64,000 bases of DNA from the human T2T-CHM13v2.0 reference genome, Homo sapiens (GCF_009914755.1 NC_060931.1), one strand, 5' to 3'; positions 1-13,632 are shown, counted from the first letter of the stretch. The notes: generated by a model not told the origin, from the sequence alone. Program-made: numbers and translations.

Positions 1-1921
1 GCTTTTCAGATATTTGAAAGGATTTGGGTATTGTGATCTAAGGTATATTGCTTTAGGAGGCACCTGAAGGCCAGTGACACTGTGCTTCTTGAAGACTTGT
101 AGATGGTCTTGAACAAGATTAGGGAAAATTATCTGGCTTACCATGCAGAGACTCTTGTTGTCTTCCCTTACTTTCTCCCAAGCAAACAGTATCTCTCTCC
201 CTCTGTTCTGAGCCGTCTAAAGCTGGGGTTGGAATGACACAAGCACCCCTGTGGTCACCACCACTATGACATGCTAGGTGAGACCTGAAGCCAGCACAGC
301 CCTGGGTCTCACCAACGACCTGCTGTAACCACTCCCTGGCTTACTGCCTATGTTTGGTCAAGACCCTAGGACTCTACAATAAGCTGGTGGCAAAGCCATT
401 CATGTCTGTGTTCTTCCCTTCAGCATAGTGAGGTCCCCCAAGTACTGGGTGGGTTGAGAGATGCTGTCTTGGAGTCAGGGACTAGGATACAAAACCTTAG
501 AGGTCTACGTGGTGTTCTGTTGTACTGTGGCTAACTGGCACTGAAATCACAAAACACAGTCCTTCCCTCTCATCATTCCCCTTTCCAAAGGCAGAAGAGT
601 CTCATTCTGTAGCCACCACCACCCCAGGCCACACGGACTACTGCTAGGCTACTGCTGATGTCTCCTTAAGGCTCAAGGTCTTTTCAGTCAACTGGTGGTG
701 AATGCTGCCTGCCCTAGATCTCACCCTTTAAGGGCTTTGGGCTCCCCTCTGGCCCAGGGCTGGTCCAGAAATGCCATCCAAGGGTCAAGTCCTGTAATTA
801 GGGACCTCAAAGGCCCACTTGGTGCTCTATACCTCTATGGCCACGATCCTACCTTAGGTGCAAGGCAAAGTCCCCTTTACTTTTTTCTCTGCTTTTCTCA
901 AGCAGAAGGAGTTTTGTCCCATAGCCATCACAGTTGGTAATGAGCTGAGTCTCATCTGAAGCCAGCAAATCTCAGAGGTTGACCCAGAACCTTTTGTGTA
1001 GTACCTAGGTATCACTGCTGATTATTCAGGGCTCAAGGGATCTTCAGTTAGCAGGTGATAAATGTTGCCAGGACTATTTCCTTTCCTTCAAGGCAGTGGG
1101 TTCTCTCCTGGCTCCCGGCATGTCTAGAAATGTCATCTGGGAGACAGGACTTAGAACAGGGTCCTTAGAACACAACTTTGACCTGTGCCCTATCCTGCTT
1201 TGACTGAGCTGGTATCCAAGATGCAAGACACAGTCCTCCCCACTCTTCTCTCTCCTATTCTCAAGTGGAAGAAAGGAGTCTCTTTTGTGCAGCCTGGGGT
1301 TAGGAATAGGGTTTTGTCAGCACCTTTTTGGCTGCCCCAGCTGGTGTCTCAGCTTGTTGTATACCACTCCATTCCACTGTCTCTTGGCCTAGTTCAGCAC
1401 TAGGACTCACCTCAGAGTTGCAGTCTTTATGGCTTAGACTGCCTTTCATGTTTACTTGGAGACACAGCACTGTAGGTCTTGGTGGAAGGTTTGCAGCAAC
1501 TCAAGTTCAGACGACTGCTGGGATCTGCAATTCCCCTCTGGCTAGAGCTGGTTTAAATGCTCCCTCCATGGGCAGGTGTCACCTAAGTTTGGTGTGGTTT
1601 TCCTATCTGCTCCAACAGAACAGCACTGAGTTCAATGCCTAACAATTTCTGTGCTCTCCCTCTCCCAGTGCCCAGGGATGCTCTCTGTGCTAGGCAGCTG
1701 CTACCAGTGGTTAAAAGAGGGCTGGCATCAGTGATTCAGGACTGTTTTTCCTATCTTTTTAGTGTCTCAGCAATATGAAGTTAAAATCGGGTACTATGAG
1801 TGCTCACCTAATTTTTGGTTCTTATGAAGGTGTATTTTTCTGCGTAGGTAGTTGAGTTGGTATCCTCGTGGATGAGGGGATGATCAGTGAAGCCTTCTAT
1901 TCTGCCATGTTGCTCTGCCTC
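1..1921 (-). mobile_element. Old LINE-1 5' UTR with intact 5' terminus (L1M1/L1M2-type); element continues off the left edge
   Basis: Minus strand begins GAGGCAGAGCAACATGGCAGAATAGAAGG, matching the L1 5' start (GGAGCAAGATGGCCGAATAGAA) with a YY1-type GCCATGTT at 1904-1911, followed by CACCTTCATAAGAACCAAAAAT..GGTGAGC typical of L1M 5' ends. Confidence 0.85.
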
Positions 1922-2146
1922 TGAATCTATTTTCATAGATTTTGCTCTCAAATTGTTTAGCTCAATGATCACTACATTATTCTTTCTAAAGTCTGCCTTA
2001 GCCACATGTCTTTGCTTCTGAAACCTATAATTGTTTCACATTGCCTGTTAACATAAAGACTTCTCAGACAGTCATCTTCCTTCATTTGAGCTCCTACTTC
2101 TCAGTCCCAGTATTCAACATGAGCCTTACCCAACAGAAGCCTACTC

Positions 2147-2332
2147 CAGTGGTTTCCAAAATGTGACTAGCAGCTTAACACCATCTGGAAATTTTTTGGA
2201 AATGAAAATTCCAAGATCCGACTTCAGACCTACTGTGTCAGAAACTCTGGGAATGGTGCCTAGTAATCAGTGTTTAACAATTCCAGGTGATTTTGATGGG
2301 TGCTTAAGCACACTAAAGTTTGAGAATCATTG
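2147..2332 (+). mobile_element. MER5A (hAT-Charlie non-autonomous DNA transposon)
   Basis: CAGTGGTTTCCAAA...CAGACCTACTG.GTCAGAAACTCTGGG...CCAGGTGATTTTGATG...AAGTTTGAGAATCATTG with recognisable terminal inverted repeats. Confidence 0.9.
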
Positions 2333-2629
2333 CTCTAACCCCTGAATGTACAACATATGCTCTGTTTTAAGTAATTTCTTCAGCCTATTTCATTAACTCT
2401 CCCCATATTATCACCAGTTGCAATATTTCCTAAACTTTGTTGATTTTTCATACATTTTTCAAGTCCCCATTAACCTGTATTGTAATTTTCTTTAAATGTT
2501 TTCTAAATCTGCACATATTTTATGCTAATTTACATTAAATTTATTTAAAAATGAAGTATATCAATAACAATAAAATCAGTAGTTCTGGCAATAAATAAAA
2601 AGTAATTATAAAACTAAATATAACAACCA

Positions 2630-2945
2630 GGGATTATAGATATCAAAGTGGGATATAGAAGGGTGAGTGTAGTTATCAAGGTGTTAAACAAAGGACTTTT
2701 GTTTTGATAGAACTATTCTGTATCTTGACTATGGTGGTAAATATGCAAATCTACACATATGTTAACATTGTATAGAACTAAATACACATATGCACACACA
2801 CACAAGTAAAACCAGGAAAATCTCAATAAAATAGGTGGGTTATATCAATATCAGTATTCTGATTTTGATATTCTGGTATATTTTTGCAAGATATTACCAC
2901 TGGAGAAAACTGGGAAAAAAGGTACACAGGATCTCTGTATTATTA
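2630..2945 (+). mobile_element. Old L1 3' UTR fragment (L1MC/L1MD-like)
   Basis: TTCTGTATCTTGACTATGGTGGT, TTGTATAGAACTAAATACACA and TTGCAAGATATTACCACTGGAGAAAACTGGG...GGTACACAGGATCTCTGTATTATT motifs. Confidence 0.75.
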
Positions 2946-4785
2946 ATATTGAAATATTACACTATTTCAGAAACAATACAGATATGTCAGCAGCACCAAT
3001 GTTAAGTGAAAACATATGGACCAGATAATTATTGGGCTGTCAATCTACAGAAATTGTAAAGGTTCAAACGAGGGATGATCTCTGGGTAGACAAAAGGAGG
3101 TTATGTAGGTGAATCCAACACATGCATATATATAGGTACACAACTCATCAGAATTTTTGTGGTGGGAGAGAAAAATCAAATCTGATTAAGGTAGAAGGTA
3201 TAATTGGTAATGAACAGTACTTTTGCTAATTATCTTTACTGTCCTCCCCTGAAGTATAGTGAACAGAGACCAAGTGAGCCAATATCTTGTGTCATATGGC
3301 TATAGAACAATAAAAAGTGAAAATAAAGTAACATGTATTCCGTTTTGTTCATTCCCTTGACGATTTAAAATCTGATAGGAACACATTCATTGATTCCTGG
3401 CCTTTGGAAGGTTTATGGATATGTAGAGTGTGGAGTGTTAGGCAACTATGCAAAGCAAAGGACCTCTGTGTGTTTCCTGCATTTGGCTGCCTGTGAGAAT
3501 TTTCTAAGGGAGCCCCCACAAACGCTGCCAGGAAAGAAAGCAGCATAGATTTTTGTAATTAAAAGAGCCCCTTGTTTTAGGAAGCATGTCAATGAAGCCC
3601 TTGGTTTAAATTCTATTTAAACAACTACCTTGTAATTTGGAATGCTTATCAGGAACTATGTGTCATTAAGAAGCACAATGTGACTTTGTAAAGGATCCAT
3701 TTTAGAAATTACATTCCATTCTCTACTTGTCTTTTCCGGGAGAAGACCCGAATGTTTAGGAGGGAAGTTACTTTACTTCTTGAATTCTGCTCCTGTGTTT
3801 ATTATTAGGTGTGAGTAAAAGTTTCATTCTTTTTTTTTTTAATACATTAAAACATTCCTAGATCTACCAATTAAAATAGCAATTCTAACTTTTCAAACCA
3901 ATATTTACTAATTGTTAGAAAGACAATTGGTTTAACAGAATTAGGAACTTAGAGAAATGCTGTATTAATTTATTATATTTTTCAAGTTTAAATAAAACTT
4001 GATAAATGTGACAGATGACTATTATTAGCATACACACACGGACACATATAATCAGATCTATATCTATGCTTTTGTCCTGATCTTCTAAATTAGCTTCACT
4101 TGTCTGTGTTTCTCTTCCTTAGTCAAGATTAACAAATAGTATTAACCTTTCATGCAACCCCTTTCTAAAATAACACAGAAAACTGGGCAAAACCATATTT
4201 TTCCAACCACAGTCATTTCTGTCACATTTTTGACCCAGATAACAAATTCTATTTCTGACTCTTTACCTAATCCCTATTTCAGTATAATCATGTATTGAAA
4301 ACCAGAATTTAGTATGTATATTCAGTAGTATTGAATATATATATATATATGTGTGTGTGTATACAAATATAAAATTATATATATACATATTTTTAAGACT
4401 TTTGTGAGACAACAGAAATAAAATAATAGGCAACATAGAAAAACTATTGTATTTGACATTAAAATAGCCTCCAGACTTAGAAACAGGTCAAACGTCCCCA
4501 TTTATAACAATAGTTAGTAATAGGGAGAAATAGTAATAGGGAGATGAAAGAGACAGATCATCAAGTCTTCCTTCACCTTTGGCTATATTCCTAGTGCAAT
4601 GTCTTGATGCTACATAGGAACTAGCTCCTCTGCTCAACTTTTTAAATTCTGATATGACAGAAATACAACAATTGTTAAAATATCCCAAGAACATTAGTTT
4701 TATAAACATGGATTCTACTATTCTCTAAAAAAGTTATTTAACTAAATCATAAACCCTAAGAAATTATTTTGAAGGCCTGTTATTA

Positions 4786-4831
4786 AATATATGTGTGTGT
4801 GTGTATATATATATATAGAGAGAGAGAGAGA
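4786..4831. repeat. Compound microsatellite (TA)n(TG)n(TA)n(GA)n
   Basis: Directly visible; a similar (TA)n(TG)n tract lies at about 4334-4362. Confidence 0.95.
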
Positions 4832-5254
4832 AATGCCTCTTGCTGATTCTATTGCAAATAGTCATATTTTATTTCCTCATTCAGAATAACTTCTTTAGAA
4901 ATTTTCAAAGATGTCTTTGGTACTTCCGGTACAACAAATATATCATCTGCAGATAAAATACACAGAGCAAGAGGAAAAAACAAGGCATTTATTATACAGT
5001 TTGAGTAATTTGATAAAATTAATAACTACTTTACTATCCTCTGAGCTGTATGAAAAGCCTAAGGGCAAACACATACAGTAGCAATGAGTGTGTGTCTTGA
5101 TTAACTCAACAACACTTGCTATAATATAATTATGTGGTTTTTTTTCTGTAGTTACTTCCACTCTAGATGGATTATTCCATCTACAGTGGATGCTTTTCAT
5201 TTCTAACTGAAGTGAGTTGTAGGTATAGTACATGTATTTATGCAATTAGTTAAT

Positions 5255-5641
5255 ATGGGTCACACTGGATTAGTGTGGGTCCTGATCCAGTGTCTCATGT
5301 CCTGATAACAAGAGAAACACAGAGGCATTCAGAGGGAAGATGATCATGTACAAATTGTACATGTACAAAGTGGGGAGATGCCATGTGAGGATCGAGGCAG
5401 AGATAGGAGTATCTATATTATGTTAGAGTCTACAAGCCAAGAAGCATCAAAGATTGGGAGGATACACCAGAAGCTGCAAGATAAGCATGGAATGGAGACT
5501 CCCTCAGAGCATCCAGAACTGCACTTGTTAAAAACATGATTTCAGACTTCTAGCCTCCAAAACTGTGAAAGAATAAATGTCTTATTGTTTAAGCTACTCA
5601 GTATATGGTATTTTGTTATGGTAGCCCAAGAAAATTAATAA
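5255..5641 (+). mobile_element. MaLR LTR, MLT1B/MLT1C-like, 5' truncated
   Basis: GCCATGTGAGGATCGAGGCAGAGAT, TACAAGCCAAGAAGCATCAAAGATTG, GACTTCTAGCCTCCAAAACTGTGAAAGAATAAAT and TTTGTTATGGTAGCCCAAGAAAATTAATA end. Confidence 0.85.
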
Positions 5642-5644
5642 AGG

Positions 5645-5991
5645 TAGTAAAAGAGACTTTGTAAATGAAATTAAGAGTCTTGACATGGTGATATTATTCT
5701 GGATTATCTGGGTGGGATCAATGTAATCACAATGGTCTTTGTAATTAAAAAAGAATCACATGGAAAGAAGGAAGCAGGAGAGTCACAGAGGGAGATGTGA
5801 TGATGAAAACGGAGGTTTGGAGTGACATGAGCAATAGTCCCTTAAAGCCTCCAGATAGAATGCAGCTTTACTGACGCCATGATTTTAGCTTAGTTGGATC
5901 CACTTTGAACTTTGTAAGATCATATACTTGTACTGGTTTAAGTCACTAATTTGTGGCTATTTGTTACAACAGCAAAATAAAGCAAATATAG
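5645..5991 (+). mobile_element. MaLR LTR, MLT1D-like, 5' truncated
   Basis: GACTTTGTAAATGAAATTAAG, ATTATTCTGGATTATCTGGGTGGGATCAATGTAATCACAA and TTTAAGTCACTAATTTGTGGCTATTTGTTACAACAGCAA. Confidence 0.8.
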
Positions 5992-6174
5992 ATTTCTAGA
6001 CTCATTCTTAGCCCTATCCTCTTTACCTATCCATGAATGTAACCCATTCAATTTTTATTGCCCAAGAATTATTGAATAACATAATTGGTATTTTGTCAAT
6101 GCTACTATGTTGGATATGAAATGATAATTTCAAATCTGAACTTCACTCAGAGGGAAGCAGAGAAGCTAGAAATA

Positions 6175-6560
6175 CATTAAGACCTCACTTAAAGTTGTCA
6201 GTAGGTTCTTGAGAAACTGTAACTTTAAGGGAAACAACATATAAAGAAACCATAACTGATATAAGCTTAACCCTAGTTTAAACTAGACTCTAGTTTAAGA
6301 CCAACATACTTCTAATATTGGTGATATTTAGAATCACCAATACTTCTAGATGAAGACCAAAGTACTTCTAATATTAAACTTTGAAATAAATGTAAGCCAT
6401 ACATACAAGTAAGACAAATTAATAAAAACAAGTAACATAATTATTTACCTGCTTATTCCAGTTCAAGGTTGCAGATGGTGGAGGGCTATCCCCGCAGCTC
6501 AGGGTGCTGGGTGGGAACCCATCCTTGACAGGATGCCACACTGCAGGGCACACTCCCACA
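6175..6560 (+). mobile_element. MER82 (TcMar-Tigger) left part, truncated
   Basis: TA then CATTAAGACCTCACTTAAAGTTGTCAGTAGGTTCTTGAGAAACTGTAACTTTAAG terminus; internal CCAGTTCAAGGTTGCAG...CTATCCCCGCAGCTCAGGG. Confidence 0.8.
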
Positions 6561-6654
6561 TCAGCCAAATGATTTTGCTTGCAGAGCAGAGGATCAAATG
6601 TATAAGCAGTGGTAATGTGTCCTTCCCTATTCCTTTGTGAAGCTACTTATTTTC

Positions 6655-7270
6655 TTAACCATTCATCCAATAACAAACTAACTTATTAATTAGAGTATCT
6701 ACTGTATGTCAGACATGGTGGGATGTACTGGGAAAACAAAGACAATTAGTGCACATTTCTTCCTCTAGTCAAGGGTTCACAGTGTAGTTGTGGCAGAAGG
6801 TGGTAGTTTGCAGAGAGACTTTAAACCACACGTATGAAAGTACGTGGTGAGTAACATGATGGAGACAGTCCCATGAGTACTGAGCAGGACAGGGTAAGTT
6901 CATTTAACCTAAATGCAGTGGAAAGTGGTGAAGACATCTTGCAGGAATATTCAGCAGTTGAGCTATATTCTAAAATATAGATAGATGTTAGCCAAATGTC
7001 AAGTCAAAGAAAGAGCAATACATCAAAAGCTAAATTAGAAGAAGCCTGGCACAGTAGGAGAACTGCAAGCAGTTTAGTATAACTGAAATTTGGGATCCAT
7101 GAGGAGCAAGGTAAAAGAAGAACCTAGATTTGTAAGCAGAAAGCAGAATATGAAGGCTCTTGCATGTTATAGTATGGCTTTCTGAAGCAAATGAGAGACT
7201 GTTGTATGATTTAAAGCAGAGAAAAGACATATAGATTTATGTCCTAGAAAAATTTGTTTAGCTGATTTTA
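6655..7270 (-). mobile_element. L2 LINE 3' portion
   Basis: Reverse-complement L2 tail (ATTCATCCAATAACAAAC...GAGTATCTACTGTATGTCAGACA) followed by purine-rich L2 body. Confidence 0.7.
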
Positions 7271-7778
7271 ACTTACATTGTCTGGGTCAATGTAGCCCCA
7301 GTTTATCTCAGTACCCTCAGCTCATGAAGCTTTCCTTATTACCCTAATCTCCATCTAGCATTGTTTATTGCAAAGCTCCTGAATTGCATCAAGCTCCTTA
7401 TTGCTTTAAGACGTGTATCCATATGTTTTTCTCTTCTTACAAGACTCTAATCTCATTTCTTCTCTTACACCTTTGCCTGAGTAGCTCCTACTAATCACTT
7501 GTCTTAGTCTCAAAGCCCCAGATTGTCCATGTTCGTGTGTTCATTCAGCTGAAGTATTGGTGTGAGCCAGACACTTTGCTGAACTTTAGCTTGTAGGAAA
7601 TTAAAGGAATAAAGACAAGTTGATATGTATTTACAACTCAGGATAAGTGCTCTGAAGAAAAAGAACAGGTTAGATACAGCCACTGTGAAGAAGTGATATC
7701 TGAACTGATACTGGGGATGAAAGGAAGCCATCCATGTGAAGATGGTGAATGCAAGTCCAGGTTGTCTCTTCCTAAAGT

Positions 7779-8388
7779 TTGTCAAATCAAAAATTGCACT
7801 GGGTAGAGGTAAACAATGAAGGAAGACTTTTTTCAAGGCTACTGAAATAGGGTAGAGAAACCAGAGCACAGTCTCAACTCAATTTTCACATAAACAAAGG
7901 GCAGAGAAATTTTTAAGATGTGGATGAGGGAGGGAGATCTTAGGCCATCTGTGTTTGATAATCGGCTTTACCCAAATGAAAAGTACACTTTCTCATATCT
8001 TCAGGGCAGGAGGTAGTTTTACAACTACAGCAAGGTCCCCAGAGAACTTAAGCTCCTACCATTTCACCGAAACTGGGAGATAGAGGCCCTATCTTCCTTG
8101 ATTATATTTCAAAAAATTGGCTCCCAGGTACTTGAGAAAGACATTCCTGGGTTGTGAAACTGGCAGAAGGCTTTTAAAAAGATTTAAATCTCAAAGGATC
8201 AGACTAATTTATAATTAGAAGTTTTATTTAAGTAAGTGCTCTAAGGAAAGGGAGGTCATGGACCTCTCTAATTAGGCTATCTGGATTCTGTGGAGGCTGA
8301 AGTGAGAGGGAGGTCAGGGCTTCATAGGCAAGAAGAAGCCTATCTGAAGTTTGGTTAAGTTGAAGGAAACATTAGGTTGTCGTGGTCA
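7779..8388 (-). mobile_element. ERV1 solo LTR, MER67 family
   Basis: ACTGGGAGATAGAGGCCCTATCTTCCTTGATT, GGCTCCCAGGTACTTGAGAAAGACATTCCTGGGTTGTGAAACTGGCA, AAGTGCTCTAAGGAAAGGGAGGTCA; TG...CA ends. Confidence 0.8.
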
Positions 8389-9424
8389 GCTCTTACTATG
8401 AACTTAAGTAATGTGGTAGTGGTAGCGTACGTGTGTGTGTATATTTCCCAGCAGCCTAAAACTTCTCTGAGGACAGAGACTGTGTAGGATTTATTCATCA
8501 TCTTAGCTCCAGTACAAGGCCTAATATGCAATATGCACTTAACTTAGATTTATTTGTTTTTGTTATGTTGTTGAATTAAGACATAAAGGTATTGGGTAGG
8601 GGATGGCTTTGGCGGAAGCAAGACAGGATTAAAAAGGCTAATTTAAAAAAATGTTGCATTATTCTTATAAGAGAATGAAGGATGATAGTAGAGTGAATAT
8701 GTAGTGAAGATAATTAATTTAAGAGATATTTAGGTATGGAACCTAATCACCGATTTGCAGTTTGTGAAGGAGACATTGGAGTAACTGGCCCTCAGATTTC
8801 TGCCTGAGGAAGCTGGCTGGATGTCAGTGACAACATGATATGAGAAAAATGGAAGAGAAAAGCTGGTTGGCCCTGCTATGGAGATAAAAACTAGATTAAT
8901 GAAAATAAACAATCTTCACAGTTGATGAGAATCATCAAGGTTTCTGGTTTTATGTGTCAAGAACTGAAGAGTTGTCTGGAATAATCTCATTATTATTTTC
9001 CTTTTGCTTGCATTTAACTCATGAAATTGTTAATCTTTTACTTTTAAACTGCCTGAGTCATTTCCAGCAAAGTGCTTAAGTCATACAGAGCATATGGTTG
9101 AGCTTTTTCTTTTAATCAATTCTATAGAGTTTTTTTCATTTTCGTAGATGAACTCATACTGTTTGCATTTATGAAATAATAAATGCAACATGTTTTGCAC
9201 TAATATAGTTCTCTTATTTTGTGTTTTCTCTTTTTAAAGTTTTTTTTTTGCCATTTTCTTTGTTTCATTTTCCTATATCTTATGTAGGATTGCTTTTTTC
9301 CACCTTTCTGAATGCCTCAGTAGTTTCGAAAATATAATTCTAGTTTTGCTAATTGTGTTGTACACCATTTAGAATAAAATGCTTAAGTTTTTGTTTGCAA
9401 CTTACCAAATGTGAAACAAAGAAG

Positions 9425-9610
9425 GCAGGATGACAGTGGGATAAAGCATTTAAACTCTTTGCCTTTGTGTCTGGGCACAATGTAACCTATCTACTTCTTA
9501 GCTACTCAACTTAAGGCAGATCATTAAGCTCTCTGTGACTCAACTCCCTTATCTGTAAAATGGGGAATGGGGATAATAACAGTATCTAATGCCTCATTAG
9601 TGTTTGCTAC
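9425..9610 (+). mobile_element. MIR SINE
   Basis: Core CTCTCTGTGACTCAACTCCCTTATCTGTAAAATGGGGA..GATAATAACAGTATCTA. Confidence 0.8.
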
Positions 9611-9789
9611 AATTCCCCCAAACTGCCCCTGGGTTTTATATGTGGTTATAACAGCATTATAGCACAAGATGACTTTTACTACTTTCTCACATTTTTAAAT
9701 TGTTTCGTACATCTAATTTATGCAATAATACTTTATCTTCTTGTGTTAATTGAATTGAATATTCACTAACCAACAAATATTAAACATAT

Positions 9790-9955
9790 TACCTTTACTT
9801 TTACAATAACACTGTTAGATACCACTATCCCTAATTTACAGATAAGAATACCGAGATTCAGTGTTTGAGTTAGTTGTGGATAATTATACAACTAATATGT
9901 GAAAGATTCAATAATAAAACAAAGATCTACCTGGTACTAAACTTTTGCTCATTCC
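9790..9955 (-). mobile_element. MIR SINE
   Basis: CTATCCCTAATTTACAGATAAGAATACCGAGATTCAG resembles the reverse MIR core. Confidence 0.65.
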
Positions 9956-11999
9956 CTACTTTCATCTTTGTATTTACTTAGAAAATTACTGGTAGCTAGT
10001 CAATCTCGAAAGGCTTGAATCTTGCCCGCATATGCATATTTTAAACTTACTGAAAGTAAAATTTTGTCACAAACTCTTCTGGTTATGCACCTCTTTGCCT
10101 TAGTACAGTGTTAAATCTGGAGGAAAACGATCAATAAATTCCCCCCAAATAAAGTGGCAGAATATTTATTTGTGACAATAATTTATTATAAAGGTTAATG
10201 ACGTTTTTTACTATCTGGAAGGAGAAAGGTCCTGACGAATAACATCCAAAAGAAATGCTGTGCAGACATTTTTATTTCCTACACGTTTTAAACTTGAATT
10301 TAAGTTTTCCTCAAACAGTTTTTAGAAAGGTCCAATTTGGCATCCAGCACAAGGTTATCTGAGAAATAATTAAGTGAGGTGGTAAACTTGCCAAAATATC
10401 AGTGTTCCCAAGAATTTTATTCCTGACTTAGCAAATAGTCTTTTATTTGTGACTATTCACTTTTTTTCTCTATCTTATATCTAAATATTGTTTCCAAGGG
10501 AGAGCCAGTATGACTACAAGTAAGTAATATGCAGATTAGTGACTTCTCTTTCCTACTCATCAAATCTCCTACTAAAATGAGATTCAAGGATTATTTTTAT
10601 TTTTAAAATAAACTAAACCCTGGTTATTTGCAGCAACCATGACAATAACACAAATCTCATTGTATGTAATATGAAATCTTAAAATCTCATCTTATTAATT
10701 GGAAACTGAAATCACTTGAAGAAGAGATTTAAGGATTAATTTTTAAATCAGTTTTTAATCTTCTTTTTCATTTTTTATCAGTGCAATAAAAATTGATAAT
10801 AAAAATACAGTCCTCAACCTTTCATCACTTTTCTTTTTTTCATTATATTTAATTCTAAAGATTCAAAGGTTCTATATGCCAGAAAAACAAATCAGAATAC
10901 AAAAATGTATGGCCACTTTCAAAACATATCAAGTTCAAAGACAGTTTTATTTACGCAAACAATTGTGCAATGGTGCTTTTTGATAGATATTGCATTGTTT
11001 ATGGAATAAAATATCTTAGTTTGAAACTGGATTTGGCCTAGTTTGTGCATTTGTAAAATGTATGAGTTAAACTACACATTTGATAATGACACTTCAAACT
11101 GTTAAATTGCTATTATATTAGAAAAATAGCCTGCAGAAAATGCATCTATATTTATTCCAATGTATCCAATTTATCTCTGTCTGGCTAATGCTGTTAGAAA
11201 ATGTGTAACTGAAGTATGTGGAAATCAATTAACGTAAATTCAAGCACTTCTTGAACTTGATATGTCTAAGTAAACTTAGAACCTGGTAATGTGAAAATAC
11301 CACATTGACAGTATTGACAAAACCAACTACTCGCAGTTCTGAAATGAATGCAGTTGTTTGCAACAGGACGGCTGTAAAAAGAGAGAAACCTGTTACCCAA
11401 ACCATTTCAAGCATCTCCTACTATGATTATCTGCCTGTCCATGAGAACCAGGCCATTGACAAAAAATCTAATTAAGGTGTTGCTTTTCCAATTAAAGTTA
11501 TTGCTTTAAATGGCCTCATGGTACCATCAGTTCCTTGAAAGAGAAATAAGCAGAACTTGGAGGCCAGTAAGTAAAGAAACATGCTCTTCAGGCTCAAAAA
11601 ATATTTCTGGAGGTGATCTTTGACTGTTGGTGCCTGCACATGGACCTGAGGAAGAAAAAAGATCTTTCAAAGAGTACTTGAAGAAATCACAAGCCTGGCC
11701 TGTAAAAGACTATGACAACTTAAACTTAAAGCTCCCCCTTGGACTCCAATTTGCTCCAATATGAGTCAGTCTGAGAAAAATGTGCAGGCCTATGCAGGGC
11801 ACATAGTGAAATGTCAACTTCTGCTATATCCACTGAGGATAAAAAGTAGGGGAAAATCCCTCAGAAGTCAAAACATCGGGGATTTGGGGGGAAAAAAAAG
11901 GTAGAGATTTCCATTCCTCTTGAAGAGCTGAACCAGAAGCTACCAGATCATTTTACCAAAGACCTCATTCGGTTCTCAGAACAGGAGTTTTCTTAGTCA

Positions 12000-12680
12000 C
12001 CATATGATAGGATTTTATCTTTCCTTTTTGATCAGTTCTTTCTGTATTTGTCATTTTCCTCTTTCCGAATGTGAATTATTATTCTGCTAATCTTATTCCT
12101 ACTGTATATGATTATACCTTAATATGGTGAGAGACAAATTGCTCTCATTTTATAATTTTCCAGTTAATGAGAGCCACATCTACACCTGAGGGCTAGGACT
12201 GTGCGTCACCTTGAAGTTCAAGGTAGGTGTAGTCTCTGAGCAGGCTTGGCTGGTCCTCTCTTTGGTAAGGTTCAGTTTAGAGAGGATGAGTGTGTTCTGT
12301 TTTTGCATAAAAGCTTGAACTTGGGTATTTGAATATTCAAGGGTAGACTGTAGCAGAGACAGCAGGTTGTAGCCCCAATGTTTTCTCCTATTTTTGTTTA
12401 TAGTAAGAGAACCTTGAATATTAGCTGGTTGCCAAGAATGAATGCTATTTTCCAGTATCATTTGCAGCCAGATGTAACCAATAGACTAAGCTCTTATGAA
12501 TAGAATAGGAGGGAAAATGTGCTTATGATATGTAGGTAAAAGGAGGTAGACTGACTCCCTTCCTTTTCCATTCTAATGCAATGCTCTAGTATTGAGAGCT
12601 CTACAAGTCAGGAATATACACCTACAGATGGCCTCATGGACAAGAGTTTACCTACAAACTCTGAACTGGTAAGATAATTT
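12000..12680 (+). mobile_element. MLT1J-like MaLR: 3' end of internal region followed by LTR starting at about 12349
   Basis: GATGAGTGTGTTCTG..TTTGCAT...GGGTAGAC|TGTAGCAGAGAC junction; LTR motifs TATTTTCCAGTATCATTTGCAGCCAGATGT and GACTAAGCTCT. Confidence 0.6.
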
Positions 12681-12704
12681 TCAATATCATTAACTCAATT
12701 TCAC

Positions 12705-13190
12705 TTTTTTAACTTCATTTTTTTTGTACACACTTAAAATGTATAATATAATCTTCTGACATACACATTAATAGTCAAATGATTAATACAGTCAAATTAG
12801 CAATATTCATCACCTTTCATAGTAATCATTTTTGATAAGAATACCTAACTTCTACTCATTTAGCAAATTTTTATATACAACACAATATTATTAACCATAG
12901 GCCTTATGCTATACATTATATCTCTAGACTTATTTGTCCTACCTAAATGCATATTCAGACTGTCCACATATAAGTGAGATAACACAGTATGTGTCTTTGT
13001 GTTTCTGGCTTATTTCACTTAGTCTAATGTCCTCTAGGCTCATCCATGTTGTTGCAAATGGCAGTATAGTTCTCTTCTTCTTTTAAGGCTGAAAAATATT
13101 CCATTGTATATATGCACCACAGTTTCTTTATCCACTTATTTGTCAGGGAACACATATTGTTCCTATATCTTGACTAGTAAGAATAATAAC
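12705..13190 (-). mobile_element. L1MA-type 3' end (about L1MA8/9), internally deleted
   Basis: TACAACACAATATTATTAACCATAG, TCCACATATAAGTGAGATAACACAGTAT, CTGGCTTATTTCACTTAG, CATCCATGTTGTTGCAAATGGCAG. Confidence 0.85.
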
Positions 13191-13595
13191 CTGATTTCAC
13201 AGTTGATCTCTACTTACAAGAAAGTGTATATCCCATTAATAAGCTAAGTAAAGGAAGGATGAGTGGAAAGTATGAAAGAAATGTTGCAAGAAGAGAAAAT
13301 AGGAATTGTGCAGTCTGGGAATTAAAATAATTTATGGCCCATTTGAGTGTGTTTGGAGTAAGTTGTCATGACAACATAAAAAATTAAAACAAATCTAGTC
13401 TGGCTAAGTTAGAGAGTCAAAGATAGGTTGCCTTTTCAGGAGGGGCATTGTAATTGCTTTTAGTTGAAGAAATAGCGGGGTGTTAGAATTTACTCCCAGT
13501 GCCAAAGAAATAAGAAAAGAAGTGAGATGTTTGTAGGTAAGAGGACAATCTACAATGGATTACAAAAAGTTGCAATCCCTGGGGACCACAGAAAG

Positions 13596-13632
13596 TTTTT
13601 CTTTTCTTTTTTTTCCTTTTTTTAAAATTATT

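Noticed and set aside
695-2005. ORFs in the GC-richer first 2 kb
   Set aside because: They lie within an old L1 5' UTR and resemble no known protein
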